Of a stretch of 64,000 nucleotides of DNA, positions 18,310 through 26,882 are shown in pieces. How positions within the stretch are numbered: position 1 is the stretch's first letter; each line of letters opens with the position of its first letter. The position numbers were made by a program, and so were the translations under genes. A model generated the notes under the pieces. That model saw only the letters and a list, made by a program, of their open reading frames with translations. It was not told the origin of the DNA and did no database searches. This DNA is from an uncultured Candidatus Saccharibacteria bacterium (GTDB lineage: Bacteria; Patescibacteriota; UBA1384; CAILIB01; JAUSJZ01), in assembly GCA_964421635.1 (NCBI GenBank), contig CAYQWZ010000006.1, forward strand, positions 165-64,164, read 5' to 3'.

Positions 18310-20256
18310 ATGGAGATAAAAAAATCGGTAGTACTGCTTGATGGAGTTGGCCCAGCAAAAAAAGAGACTTTAGCAAAAATTGGTATTACCTCAATTAAGG
18401 ATTTACTCTATTGGCTGCCGAGAAAATACATTGACTGCACTAATCCTTCTTTAATTGAGTCCCTTCAGTATGGTCAGATGACTGCCATTTTAGCCGATAT
18501 AAAAAGTGTTTCTAAGCGCCGTACTCGTGGTCGCAAAACTATTGTTGAAGCAAAGCTTGAAGATGAAACAGGGAGCATTGAAGCCATCTGGTTTAATCAG
18601 TCCTACATTGAGCCGCTGTTACAGCGAATGAAGCGCGGACTTTTTGTCGGGCCTGTTCGAGCTCATTATCAGACGCGACGCTTAATTATGGCAGCACCGA
18701 AGATTGAAAAAAAACCTACGATTTTGCCAATTTATCCTCTGACCGCTGGGTTAACCTCGCGCCAAATTAACAAGTTAGCGTCTGCGGTTTTGGCGCGAAC
18801 TGAATTAAAAGAAACTTTAACTAAAAACGATTTAGACAAGCTAGATTTAGTAGATATTAATAAAGCGCTCCGCTATTTGCATAATCCTAATTCGCTGGAA
18901 GAAGTGAGGGCGGGGCGGCGGCGAGTTATCTTTGACGAACTTTTTTCTCTGCAGAAAAAGTTGGCCAAAATTAAGCTGCAGTATAGTCGGCAAGCCGCCC
19001 TTAAAATTAAAGCTGATGCCAAACTTTTACAGAAATTTGTATCCTCATTACCTTTTAAACTAACGGATGACCAGCGCAAAGCCATTTGGCAGATGGCGCA
19101 AGAGCTGGAGCGGGGAAATCCTATGCATCGTTTATTAAATGGTGATGTTGGCTCGGGAAAAACTGTAGTAGCAGCCGCTTTGGCTTTATTAGTTTTTAAG
19201 GCTAAAAGCCGAACTGTTTTAATGGTGCCGACAGAAATTTTAGCCATTCAGCATGCTCAAAGTTTGACAGAGTTTTTAAGCTCTTTTGGCATTAGGGTTG
19301 GTTTGGTTACTGCGTTTGAGAAAGATTTTTCAGCCGATATTTTAGTTGGCACGCATGCTTTAATTTCAGACCAAGCCAAACTTGAAAATGTGGCTTTGGT
19401 AGTAGTCGATGAACAGCATCGTTTTGGTGTAGCGCAGCGTGAAAAATTGCGTCAAAAAGTGACAGACAGCGACAAATTAACAAGTTTGGCGCCGCATTTT
19501 CTAACCCTAACCGCGACCCCAATTCCGCGCTCCTTAGCGCTAGCTCTATTTGGCGATTTAGATATTACAATTTTAAAACAGATGCCGGCTAATCGTATTC
19601 CTATTAATACTGAGGTTTTGCGCCCGGCTACTGAGCATCTAGCTTTTGAGGCTATTAGAGCGGCGGCCGGGCGCCATGAGCAATCCTTCGTGGTTTGCCC
19701 TTTAATTGAGGAACAATCGGGGGATGCAATTTTATTAGATGAGAAAAAGAGTGTGACAGAAATTTATCGGCGGTTGACCAAGGAAATTTTTCCCAACCTA
19801 AAAATTAAAATGTTGCATGGCCAGATTAAATCTGAGCAGAAAGAGAAAATATTACGGCAGTTTCAGCAAGGTGAGTTCGATGTTTTGGTGGCTACTTCGG
19901 TGGTGGAAGTGGGTGTGGATATTCCGGCCGCTACCGTCATGTTTATTGAAGGAGCGGAGAATTTTGGTGTGGCTCAACTTCATCAGTTACGCGGGCGGAT
20001 TGGTCGGCGCGATAAACAAGCTCAGTGTTTCTTTATGGTGCGGCAAGATATAGATTTAGCGCTGGCGAGAGCGCAGAAAGTGGCTTCTAGTACAGACGGA
20101 TTTGAACTAGCACATTTTGATCTGCAAAAGCGTGGCCCCGGCGAGCTAGTAGGATTAGCCCAGAAAGGCATTAATCATCTATTTTTAGAGAATTTAGATT
20201 TTGAACTTCTAGCCCAGGCGCAAGATTTGGCGCGTAAAAAAGTGATAACCGCGTAA
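18310..20256 (+). CDS. recG: ATP-dependent DNA helicase RecG
   Basis: GDVGSGKTVVA (Walker A), DEQHRFGV, HQLRGRIGR helicase motifs. Confidence 0.9.
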   Translation: MEIKKSVVLLDGVGPAKKETLAKIGITSIKDLLYWLPRKYIDCTNPSLIESLQYGQMTAILADIKSVSKRRTRGRKTIVEAKLEDETGSIEAIWFNQSYIEPLLQRMKRGLFVGPVRAHYQTRRLIMAAPKIEKKPTILPIYPLTAGLTSRQINKLASAVLARTELKETLTKNDLDKLDLVDINKALRYLHNPNSLEEVRAGRRRVIFDELFSLQKKLAKIKLQYSRQAALKIKADAKLLQKFVSSLPFKLTDDQRKAIWQMAQELERGNPMHRLLNGDVGSGKTVVAAALALLVFKAKSRTVLMVPTEILAIQHAQSLTEFLSSFGIRVGLVTAFEKDFSADILVGTHALISDQAKLENVALVVVDEQHRFGVAQREKLRQKVTDSDKLTSLAPHFLTLTATPIPRSLALALFGDLDITILKQMPANRIPINTEVLRPATEHLAFEAIRAAAGRHEQSFVVCPLIEEQSGDAILLDEKKSVTEIYRRLTKEIFPNLKIKMLHGQIKSEQKEKILRQFQQGEFDVLVATSVVEVGVDIPAATVMFIEGAENFGVAQLHQLRGRIGRRDKQAQCFFMVRQDIDLALARAQKVASSTDGFELAHFDLQKRGPGELVGLAQKGINHLFLENLDFELLAQAQDLARKKVITA

Positions 20257-20291
20257 TCTTTATTTAATGTAACCTCAGTTAGTCTGAGAGC

Positions 20292-20789
20292 ATGAATTCA
20301 AAATTACCAAATTATTTAGGTTGGCTGTTTGTGGTGCTAGCCATTGTGGCCAGTCTATTTGTAGCTAGTAAACGACTGGCCGATAAATATGTCAACTCTA
20401 AATTAGAAGATTTATCAGCTGCAATGTCTGAAGAAATCAGTCAGCTGTCTATTAGTCTAGTTGAGTTTGAATCTGGTTTATTAGATTTAAAAAACGAAGT
20501 TCGCGGGGCGGCCACTACTGTTAGTTCTGACGCGGCTGAACCAGAATCTCAACCATCTGAAAATGCAGCGCCGTCAACGAAAACGGCAGCGTCAACAGTC
20601 AGCCAAGCGGGCAAAATTAATATCAATTCGGCCAGTTTGTCTCAATTAATGACCCTGCCGGGCATTGGCCAATCTTACGCTACGAGAATTATTGAAGGCC
20701 GCCCCTATAGTTCAATTAACGATTTAACTCGAGTTAAAGGTATTGGCCCTAAAACGCTCGAAAAAATTGCTGCTCAAATTAGCATCTAG
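20292..20789 (+). CDS. comEA: ComEA-like helix-hairpin-helix DNA-binding competence protein
   Basis: N-terminal TM; C-terminal tandem HhH (LPGIGQSYATRII...VKGIGPKTLEKI). Confidence 0.75.
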   Translation: MNSKLPNYLGWLFVVLAIVASLFVASKRLADKYVNSKLEDLSAAMSEEISQLSISLVEFESGLLDLKNEVRGAATTVSSDAAEPESQPSENAAPSTKTAASTVSQAGKININSASLSQLMTLPGIGQSYATRIIEGRPYSSINDLTRVKGIGPKTLEKIAAQISI

Positions 20790-20850
20790 TAAGTCTCGGG
20801 CACTTGATTTTGGCTGTATTATCAGGTAAAGTTCTGTATAGTTGAATTAT

Positions 20851-20937
20851 GCCGGGGTGGCGAAATTGGCAGACGCGCTAGATTTAGGATCTAGTAGGAG
20901 CAATCCTGTGGAGGTTCAAGTCCTCTTCCCGGCACCA
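20851..20937 (+). tRNA. tRNA-Leu (anticodon TAG), type II with long variable arm, CCA encoded
   Basis: 7-bp acceptor stem GCCGGGG/TCCCGGC, anticodon stem ctaga/tctag, loop tttagga (anticodon UAG), T-loop TTCAAGT, 3' ACCA. Confidence 0.9.
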
Positions 20938-21014
20938 AAGAAAAATGTTCCTTGCTTTTCTGATTTGCGCGCGACCAATTTCTTCTAAAAATGAAAGGAC
21001 ATTTTTCTTTGGTG
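20933..21014. repeat. Inverted repeat (20-21 bp arms) beginning in tRNA-Leu 3' end, ~40-nt spacer
   Basis: caccaaagaaaaatgttcctt versus aaaggacatttttctttggtg; followed by a gttctgtcctct fragment resembling the tRNA T-arm (gttcaagtcctct). Confidence 0.5.
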
Positions 21015-21100
21015 TTCTGTCCTCTAAGCCTTCAATTCAAACGGTTGTCAAAATTTCCGCAGGGTTGGGAATAAGCATTGATGATTTAATTAAATAAAAA

Positions 21101-22900
21101 ATGAATTATTCGTACAACAATATGAAAACCGTGCTTAAAAAACTAAAAGACAACGATTTAGTTATTCTTGATCAACAGATATTTTCTGAGAGAGACCTTC
21201 GTACCCTTGCAAATCTTTTAAGCCTTGAGCAGCAAGAACCTATTATTATTCGTAATTTAATATCTCAATACCCCGCGCATGGTAAAAACTTTGATTGGAA
21301 CATGGGTAGCATACTTCAACATATCGAGGTTTCAATAATCATTGATGTTTTAAGTGAAAATACAAATTTACAACTTTATAATTCCATCGGACTTGTGTGG
21401 GCACTTGGAGAATTTAAGAATATGAATCGCATTATTACTGATTTCTTATATAACACTATCAAGAATTCAACGAGTTCAGATGCGTGGTGGCGCGCCGCTT
21501 TTTCTCTAGAGAAGCTTGGACTTGAGGAGGCGGTGAACTTACTTAAGATGTCTCTTAAAACAACAAAATTACGAGAACTAGATTACTATCTTCATGCGTT
21601 GAGCGACAAACGTTCTGTAATAAGTATTCTTATTTTGAGCAACGTTGAAAATATTGAGCGCGTCGTGTATCCAAAAATAAAAAAGGCGTTTCTTGAGACC
21701 CAAGATGACGCTATAATTATCAACTGCTGTTGGTTAATTGGTAGATTGAAATTAATTGATAAGGAAATTTATGAGAAGTTACTTAAATTAATTTCCCACA
21801 ACAATTACGAGTTAAAATATTACACCTTTTTTGCTCTACAGAATAACGCAACAGAATCACTACGCCCTATTCTGGAGAAATCGCTTAATGATGGTGATCC
21901 GCTGATTAGAAAAATGGCAACTCGAGGTTTAATGAGTATTGGCAATTCAGAATCACTTATGGCTTTGCATGCTGCTTTATTTAAAGAAGTTGAAGAGGCG
22001 GTGGTCTCAGAAATTAGTAACGCGATCTATAATTTAAAAAATCCTGCCAAACACTCGAAGCTTTTACTAAGAATAAAATCATATAGAAACGAGAATGGAA
22101 TGATTTCTGATGAGAGTGATAAGTGGTATCATGACCCATCGATTTATCATGTATTTTCGGAGGCTGAGGATCCAGAAAACCTATGCTTCTCGCTTGTTCA
22201 AGAACGCACAAGTGGAAAAATAATACAAAACCCAATTGATTTAGCAAGTGGAACTGGAAGAATGATATGGCAAATCATTAATAAGATGCCGTTTAATGGA
22301 ACACTGTTTGCTGTTGATGCTAGTGAACAAATGTGCGATTTTATGACAAAAACTATAAAAAGGGAAAGAAAATTTACTAGTGATATACAGATTGTTCAAC
22401 AACCAATTATCGATGCGCCAAGTTCTATACAAGTAAAATCCTCATTTATTATTAGTTCATTTGGGTTTCCGAGCAGGATTACTAATGCAAGCCTGTGTTT
22501 TGCTGAATTGAACGCGGTATATAACTTACTTACAGATAATGGATTATTTTTAACTATTGGGTGGGATGAAACATTCAATGATGAGCTTAATCATATGTGG
22601 TATAAATTTATACCCGACAATATTGCTGCTCAAAATTTTGAAGAATGGCGACATAAACGATCTATAACAATTCAAAGCCCACGAAATTGTGGTTTAACAT
22701 GGCTTAAGAAAGGTATCTCTGTTCCATTGCAATTTGAATCACAAAAAGAAGCAGCATTTGTTATAGGGTATTTATTTGGCCGTGACGCAGCTCAATATGT
22801 TATGAATACTGGAAAAACAGAATGGAACATGTCGCTCGGGATTACATGCAACACAAAAGAAGAATTAAAAGCGATCATTAAATCATATGAAGGAAATTGA
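21101..22900 (+). CDS. HEAT-repeat (PBS-lyase type) protein fused to class I SAM-dependent methyltransferase domain
   Basis: N-terminal HEAT-like repeats (WALGEF..., DPLIRKMATRGLMSIGNSESLMAL); C-terminal IDLASGTGRM (motif I), AVDASEQM, FIISSFGF. ~33% GC by eye. Confidence 0.55.
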   Translation: MNYSYNNMKTVLKKLKDNDLVILDQQIFSERDLRTLANLLSLEQQEPIIIRNLISQYPAHGKNFDWNMGSILQHIEVSIIIDVLSENTNLQLYNSIGLVWALGEFKNMNRIITDFLYNTIKNSTSSDAWWRAAFSLEKLGLEEAVNLLKMSLKTTKLRELDYYLHALSDKRSVISILILSNVENIERVVYPKIKKAFLETQDDAIIINCCWLIGRLKLIDKEIYEKLLKLISHNNYELKYYTFFALQNNATESLRPILEKSLNDGDPLIRKMATRGLMSIGNSESLMALHAALFKEVEEAVVSEISNAIYNLKNPAKHSKLLLRIKSYRNENGMISDESDKWYHDPSIYHVFSEAEDPENLCFSLVQERTSGKIIQNPIDLASGTGRMIWQIINKMPFNGTLFAVDASEQMCDFMTKTIKRERKFTSDIQIVQQPIIDAPSSIQVKSSFIISSFGFPSRITNASLCFAELNAVYNLLTDNGLFLTIGWDETFNDELNHMWYKFIPDNIAAQNFEEWRHKRSITIQSPRNCGLTWLKKGISVPLQFESQKEAAFVIGYLFGRDAAQYVMNTGKTEWNMSLGITCNTKEELKAIIKSYEGN

Positions 22901-23558
22901 AATTTTAATTGAGGTTAAGAGTACGAAACAAATTGCTATCAATGCATTAAAGCAATTTACATGTCACGGTATTAAGCATACGCTAGATATTTATTTTTTT
23001 GATCCATTAAGACAAGATCTGCAGCCAGAAGTTAATGGACGACTGAGGAGATCATTTCGTCTGCGGAAAAAAGATACAGAGTGTTCTATTGCATACAAAA
23101 TTGATCATTTTAAGCAGGGTGGCGATAAATGGCTTTACTCTGATGAACATGAGGTTTCTGTTCATAATTTTGATATCATGCTTTCCATACTGAGACACCT
23201 TGGCCTTCAAGAGCTTGTTGTGGTAGACAATGAAAAGCATGTTTTTACAACACCAGAATATGAAGTAGTGCTAGAAAATGTTAAAAACTTCGGCTTATTT
23301 TTAGAGGTTGAGCAACTTTCTCAAGTTCCTGATGACAAAATTATTGACGCAAAAAAGAAGATTAAAAAATTTCTTAGTAGTTTAAATATTAAATTTGGTA
23401 ATGAACTCAATTCTGGCAAGCCAGAACTTATTTTAAAGAAACAAACAAATCTTTTCTCAATTGAATCCCGCCCGAATTTTGCCAAAAGAAAAAAGCGGAG
23501 GATTTCTCCCCAAACCCCTCCTCCTCCGCTTGCGACATCCAAATTCAAAAAAGATTAG
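22887..23558 (+). CDS. CYTH-domain protein (CyaB/thiamine-triphosphatase-like triphosphate tunnel enzyme) with basic C-terminal tail
   Basis: MKEIEILIEVK N-terminus, LDIYFFDP, RLRRSFRLRKKD, AYKIDHF and LFLEVEQ motifs matching CYTH family conservation; overlaps upstream gene by 14 nt. Confidence 0.6.
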   Translation: MKEIEILIEVKSTKQIAINALKQFTCHGIKHTLDIYFFDPLRQDLQPEVNGRLRRSFRLRKKDTECSIAYKIDHFKQGGDKWLYSDEHEVSVHNFDIMLSILRHLGLQELVVVDNEKHVFTTPEYEVVLENVKNFGLFLEVEQLSQVPDDKIIDAKKKIKKFLSSLNIKFGNELNSGKPELILKKQTNLFSIESRPNFAKRKKRRISPQTPPPPLATSKFKKD

Positions 23559-23565
23559 CCAATTA

Positions 23566-23606
23566 TTTTGCGAAAATCCAATCCCAAAAAAATAGTTTTC
23601 GCAAAA
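23566..23606. repeat. Inverted repeat ttttgcgaaaa / ttttcgcaaaa (11-bp perfect arms, 19-nt spacer)
   Basis: Read directly from the sequence in the 3' region of the CYTH gene. Confidence 0.5.
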
Positions 23607-23679
23607 CCGAGTCCGCATTAGTCCCGCCACCTACTCGAATACTTGGAGGGCAGAACACCAAAAAACAATTAAACATACA

Positions 23680-23705
23680 GCCTGCCTGCCTGCAGGCAGG
23701 CAGGC
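23680..23705. repeat. 26-nt perfect palindrome (GCCT)3G|C(AGGC)3 centred on CTGCAG
   Basis: gcctgcctgcctgcaggcaggcaggc is self-complementary over all 26 nt. Confidence 0.7.
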
Positions 23706-23741
23706 GAGCAAGTAGCTAATTTTTGACGATTAGTAGTGTGA

Positions 23742-23763
23742 AGTCCCATTCGGGACTTTTTTA
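23742..23763 (+). terminator. Rho-independent terminator (gtccc-attc-gggac plus T6)
   Basis: Hairpin followed by ttttttatt; ends the CYTH operon and abuts the stop of the minus-strand gene. Confidence 0.6.
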
Positions 23764-24246
23764 TTAAAGTTTGGTCTTGAGAAACTTAGTAAATCTCTTC
23801 ATCTCTTTCTGATAAGCCGGCAATATTTTCTTTTGTTTTTCTTTTGATAGAGCCTGTATTGCTGTCAAACCAGCGCTATGCAATCTAATGCTGTAACCCA
23901 TTTCAGATAAAATAAGGATTAATTTATAATCTGGCTTATCCTTCTGATAAAATTCAGCTAACAAATTATGAAGTTTATTTGCTAAAGTCGAAATCTGTTT
24001 CTCTACTTTTTGTCGGTTCTTTTTTACTTTATACCAGCTTTTATTCTCTGGAAGTTTGGGGGTTATCTCTACCCAAGGTGCCACTAAGCTCTAGCCGATA
24101 TGGCCTTCGCAAGATTGTGTGGTGGGGAAACCCAGAGAGTTTAAATAAAGCACGGTATCAAAAATACCCGATTCTATTGGTACGCCTAATTTATCGGTAG
24201 TTTCGAGTAATTGTTTTTTGGCTTTAGCTAAATCTTTTTTATTCAT
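23764..24246 (-). pseudogene. Hypothetical gene interrupted by an in-frame TAG (at 24093..24091); N-terminal 51 codons and C-terminal 106 codons share one frame
   Basis: Minus-strand translation from ATG 24246 gives MNKKDLAKAKKQLLETTDKLGVPIESGIFDTVLYLNSLGFPTTQSCEGHIG-TAG-SLVAPWVEITPKL...; the ORF-track 106-aa ORF (GTG at 24084) is the same frame downstream of the stop. Confidence 0.4.
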
Positions 24247-24331
24247 ATATCCATTATCTCATATATGCATAATTCAGTTCGAGGGGCTTTTTGTTGCCAC
24301 CAGATAAAGGATTTGGTAGAGTCAGCGCAGT

Positions 24332-25204
24332 GTGAAAAAACCGAAAATAATTGTTGTTTTAGGCCCGACGGCGAGTGGAAAGACTTCACTGGGAGCTTTT
24401 TTGGGAAAAAAATTAAAGGGTGAAATTATTTCAGCCGACTCGCGGCAGGTTTACAGACGGCTTGATTTAGGCACGGGAAAAGAAAAATTAGAAATCCCCC
24501 AGCATTTAATAGATATAGTTCAGCCAGAACAGCGTTTTACCGTGGCAGAGTGGAAAAAACTAGCAGACAAGAGTATTGCCGAGCTGTTGCAGCGAGGCGT
24601 TATCCCTGTAATTGTGGGTGGCACAAGCTTGTATATAGAGGCGCTACTGAAAAATTATCAGTTTGGGTCGCAAAATTTAAAGCTGCGATCAGAGCTAGAA
24701 AAAATGAGTCTTAAGGATTTACAGAAAAAATTAAAACAAATTAATCCTCAATTAGAAAAAGAGATTGAGAGTAATAACAAGCGCTACATAATTCGGGCGA
24801 TTGAGAAAAACGAAAGTGAGAATGGGGTTGTAGTGAGTAATCCTTTATATGACTATATTTTGCTGACCCCCAAAATTTCGCGCCAAAAGTTGTACCAGCA
24901 AATTGATAAGCGAGTTGACGACAGAATGGATGAGGGAATGCTAAAAGAGGTAAAAGATTTAGTCAAGACTGGAATTTCTAAAGATTGGCTAATGTCACTA
25001 GGGCTTGAGTATAGATATCTGACTAAACTTGTCATGGGAGAGCTTTCGCGCGAAGAAGCGATTTCAAAATTGAAGTTTGATACTCATAGTTTTGCGCGCA
25101 AACAGCTAGCTTGGTGGCGACGCGGAAACTGGCCACAAGAAATAAAAATTATTGATTCTAAAAAACAAGCGCTAAGCTTAGCGCAGAAGTTCTTAAAAGA
25201 TTAG
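24332..25204 (+). CDS. miaA: tRNA dimethylallyltransferase MiaA
   Basis: P-loop GPTASGKTSLG, ISADSRQVYRRLDLGTGK. Confidence 0.85.
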   Translation: MKKPKIIVVLGPTASGKTSLGAFLGKKLKGEIISADSRQVYRRLDLGTGKEKLEIPQHLIDIVQPEQRFTVAEWKKLADKSIAELLQRGVIPVIVGGTSLYIEALLKNYQFGSQNLKLRSELEKMSLKDLQKKLKQINPQLEKEIESNNKRYIIRAIEKNESENGVVVSNPLYDYILLTPKISRQKLYQQIDKRVDDRMDEGMLKEVKDLVKTGISKDWLMSLGLEYRYLTKLVMGELSREEAISKLKFDTHSFARKQLAWWRRGNWPQEIKIIDSKKQALSLAQKFLKD

Positions 25205-25275
25205 GAAGTAGCTTGTTTACTCGCAGCTATCGATGGGCGAGGCAAAGGTAGTATTAGCCCCAATTTCAGTCCATT

Positions 25276-25974
25276 TTGAGTTATAATAAAATCTACATGG
25301 TTGAATTTAGAGACGTATCTCGAAAGTACGGTCAAATTGAGGCGGTTTCAGATGTTAGTTTTCATATTGCCAAAGGAGAGTTTGTCTCTTTAGTGGGGCC
25401 CTCAGGAGCTGGTAAATCTACAATTGTGCGGCTACTATTGCGTGAAGAGCCACCAACCGCGGGAAAAATTTTAGTAGCTGGAAGAGATATAACCCAGCTA
25501 AAATACAATGAACTTCCTTATTATAGAAGAAAGATTGGTGTCGTTTGGCAAGATTTTAGACTATTACCAAATAAAACAGTTTACGAAAATGTCGCTTTTG
25601 CCCTAGAAGTGTCAGATGCAACTCGTGGCGAAATCGAGCAAAAGGTCCCAGCCAGTTTAGAAACAGTCGGCATGCTTGGTCGCACTGATAACTTTCCGAA
25701 AGAATTATCTGGCGGAGAGAAACAAAGAGTGGCCATCGCCCGCGCTTTAGTTCATGATCCTAAAATTTTGGTAGCAGATGAGCCAACGGGAAACCTTGAC
25801 CCCGTTAACACTTGGGAAATTATTGAGTTACTTTTCAAAATTAATCAGCAAGGAACCATGGTGATTTTAGCCACGCACGATAAAGAAATTATCGACACTC
25901 TTAAAAAAAGAGTTATTACTATGCGAGCTGGAAAAGTTGTAGCAGATCAGAAAAAAGGTAAATATCTACTGTGA
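25276..25974 (+). CDS. ftsE: Cell-division ABC ATPase FtsE (probable true start ATG 25297)
   Basis: GPSGAGKST Walker A, LSGGEKQRVAIARAL signature, Walker B ADEPTGNLD. Confidence 0.9.
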   Translation: MSYNKIYMVEFRDVSRKYGQIEAVSDVSFHIAKGEFVSLVGPSGAGKSTIVRLLLREEPPTAGKILVAGRDITQLKYNELPYYRRKIGVVWQDFRLLPNKTVYENVAFALEVSDATRGEIEQKVPASLETVGMLGRTDNFPKELSGGEKQRVAIARALVHDPKILVADEPTGNLDPVNTWEIIELLFKINQQGTMVILATHDKEIIDTLKKRVITMRAGKVVADQKKGKYLL

Positions 25975-26882
25975 ATTTTATTCGACTATTTAGAATTTGT
26001 AGCTTTGGCTGGCAAGGATTTCGTCGCAACGGCTGGTTATCCTTCATTGCCATTATTAATGTAGCGCTAACGCTTTTGATGATTAGTGTGGCGTTAGTTG
26101 GCTCAATTACTCTAAACGAGCAGCGCAAAGAAGTTGAAGAAGAGCTAGATTTAACAATATTTTTAAAAGAAGAGGCGCAAGAGGAAGATATTTTGGCGAC
26201 GGCCAATCGTTTGCAAGAGCGTGGTGATGTCAAAGAGGTTATTTATGTAGACAAAGAGAAAGCGCTGGCTGAATATATTGAGCTCAATAAAGGTGACGAA
26301 GAGCTGTTGGCTATTTCAGATGAAATTGGAAGCTCTCTGGCGCGCTACATTCGAGTTAAGCCAAAAGTTGCCGATAGTCTAAAAGAAATTAATGACTTCG
26401 TTTTAAACAAATATAATCCAATAGTTGATGAGACTAGTTATGAGGCGACGCGCGAAAGTATTAACGATTTTATAAACGCTTCCAAGTTTATTATTAGAAT
26501 TAGCATTGTCTTCAGTGGAGTTTTGACTATTGTTTCTATCATTGTGGTTTTGAATGTCATTCGGTTAGCAATATTCTCGCGTCGAGAGGAAATTCAGGTA
26601 ATGCGCATTGTCGGCGCCTCTAATGAATTAATCCGTTTGCCGTTTGTTATAGAAGGATTAATCTTCGGCATCCTAGCAGCCCTTATTGCTCTTTTGATGT
26701 TCTGGCTAGGAGCGGCTTGGCTAAAAAGTCAAATTCCACTTTATTTCCCATATTCAGAGGCTAATCCTTTAATGTTATTCACGCAGTACTTTGGTGAATT
26801 ATTCTGGTCGAATATGCTGACGGGAATATTACTATCGACTTTCATTTCATATATAGCGGTCAGAAGATATCTGAAGTTATGA
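25971..26882 (+). CDS. ftsX: Cell-division permease FtsX
   Basis: 4-TM topology with large periplasmic loop; overlaps ftsE stop. Confidence 0.8.
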   Translation: MNFIRLFRICSFGWQGFRRNGWLSFIAIINVALTLLMISVALVGSITLNEQRKEVEEELDLTIFLKEEAQEEDILATANRLQERGDVKEVIYVDKEKALAEYIELNKGDEELLAISDEIGSSLARYIRVKPKVADSLKEINDFVLNKYNPIVDETSYEATRESINDFINASKFIIRISIVFSGVLTIVSIIVVLNVIRLAIFSRREEIQVMRIVGASNELIRLPFVIEGLIFGILAALIALLMFWLGAAWLKSQIPLYFPYSEANPLMLFTQYFGELFWSNMLTGILLSTFISYIAVRRYLKL

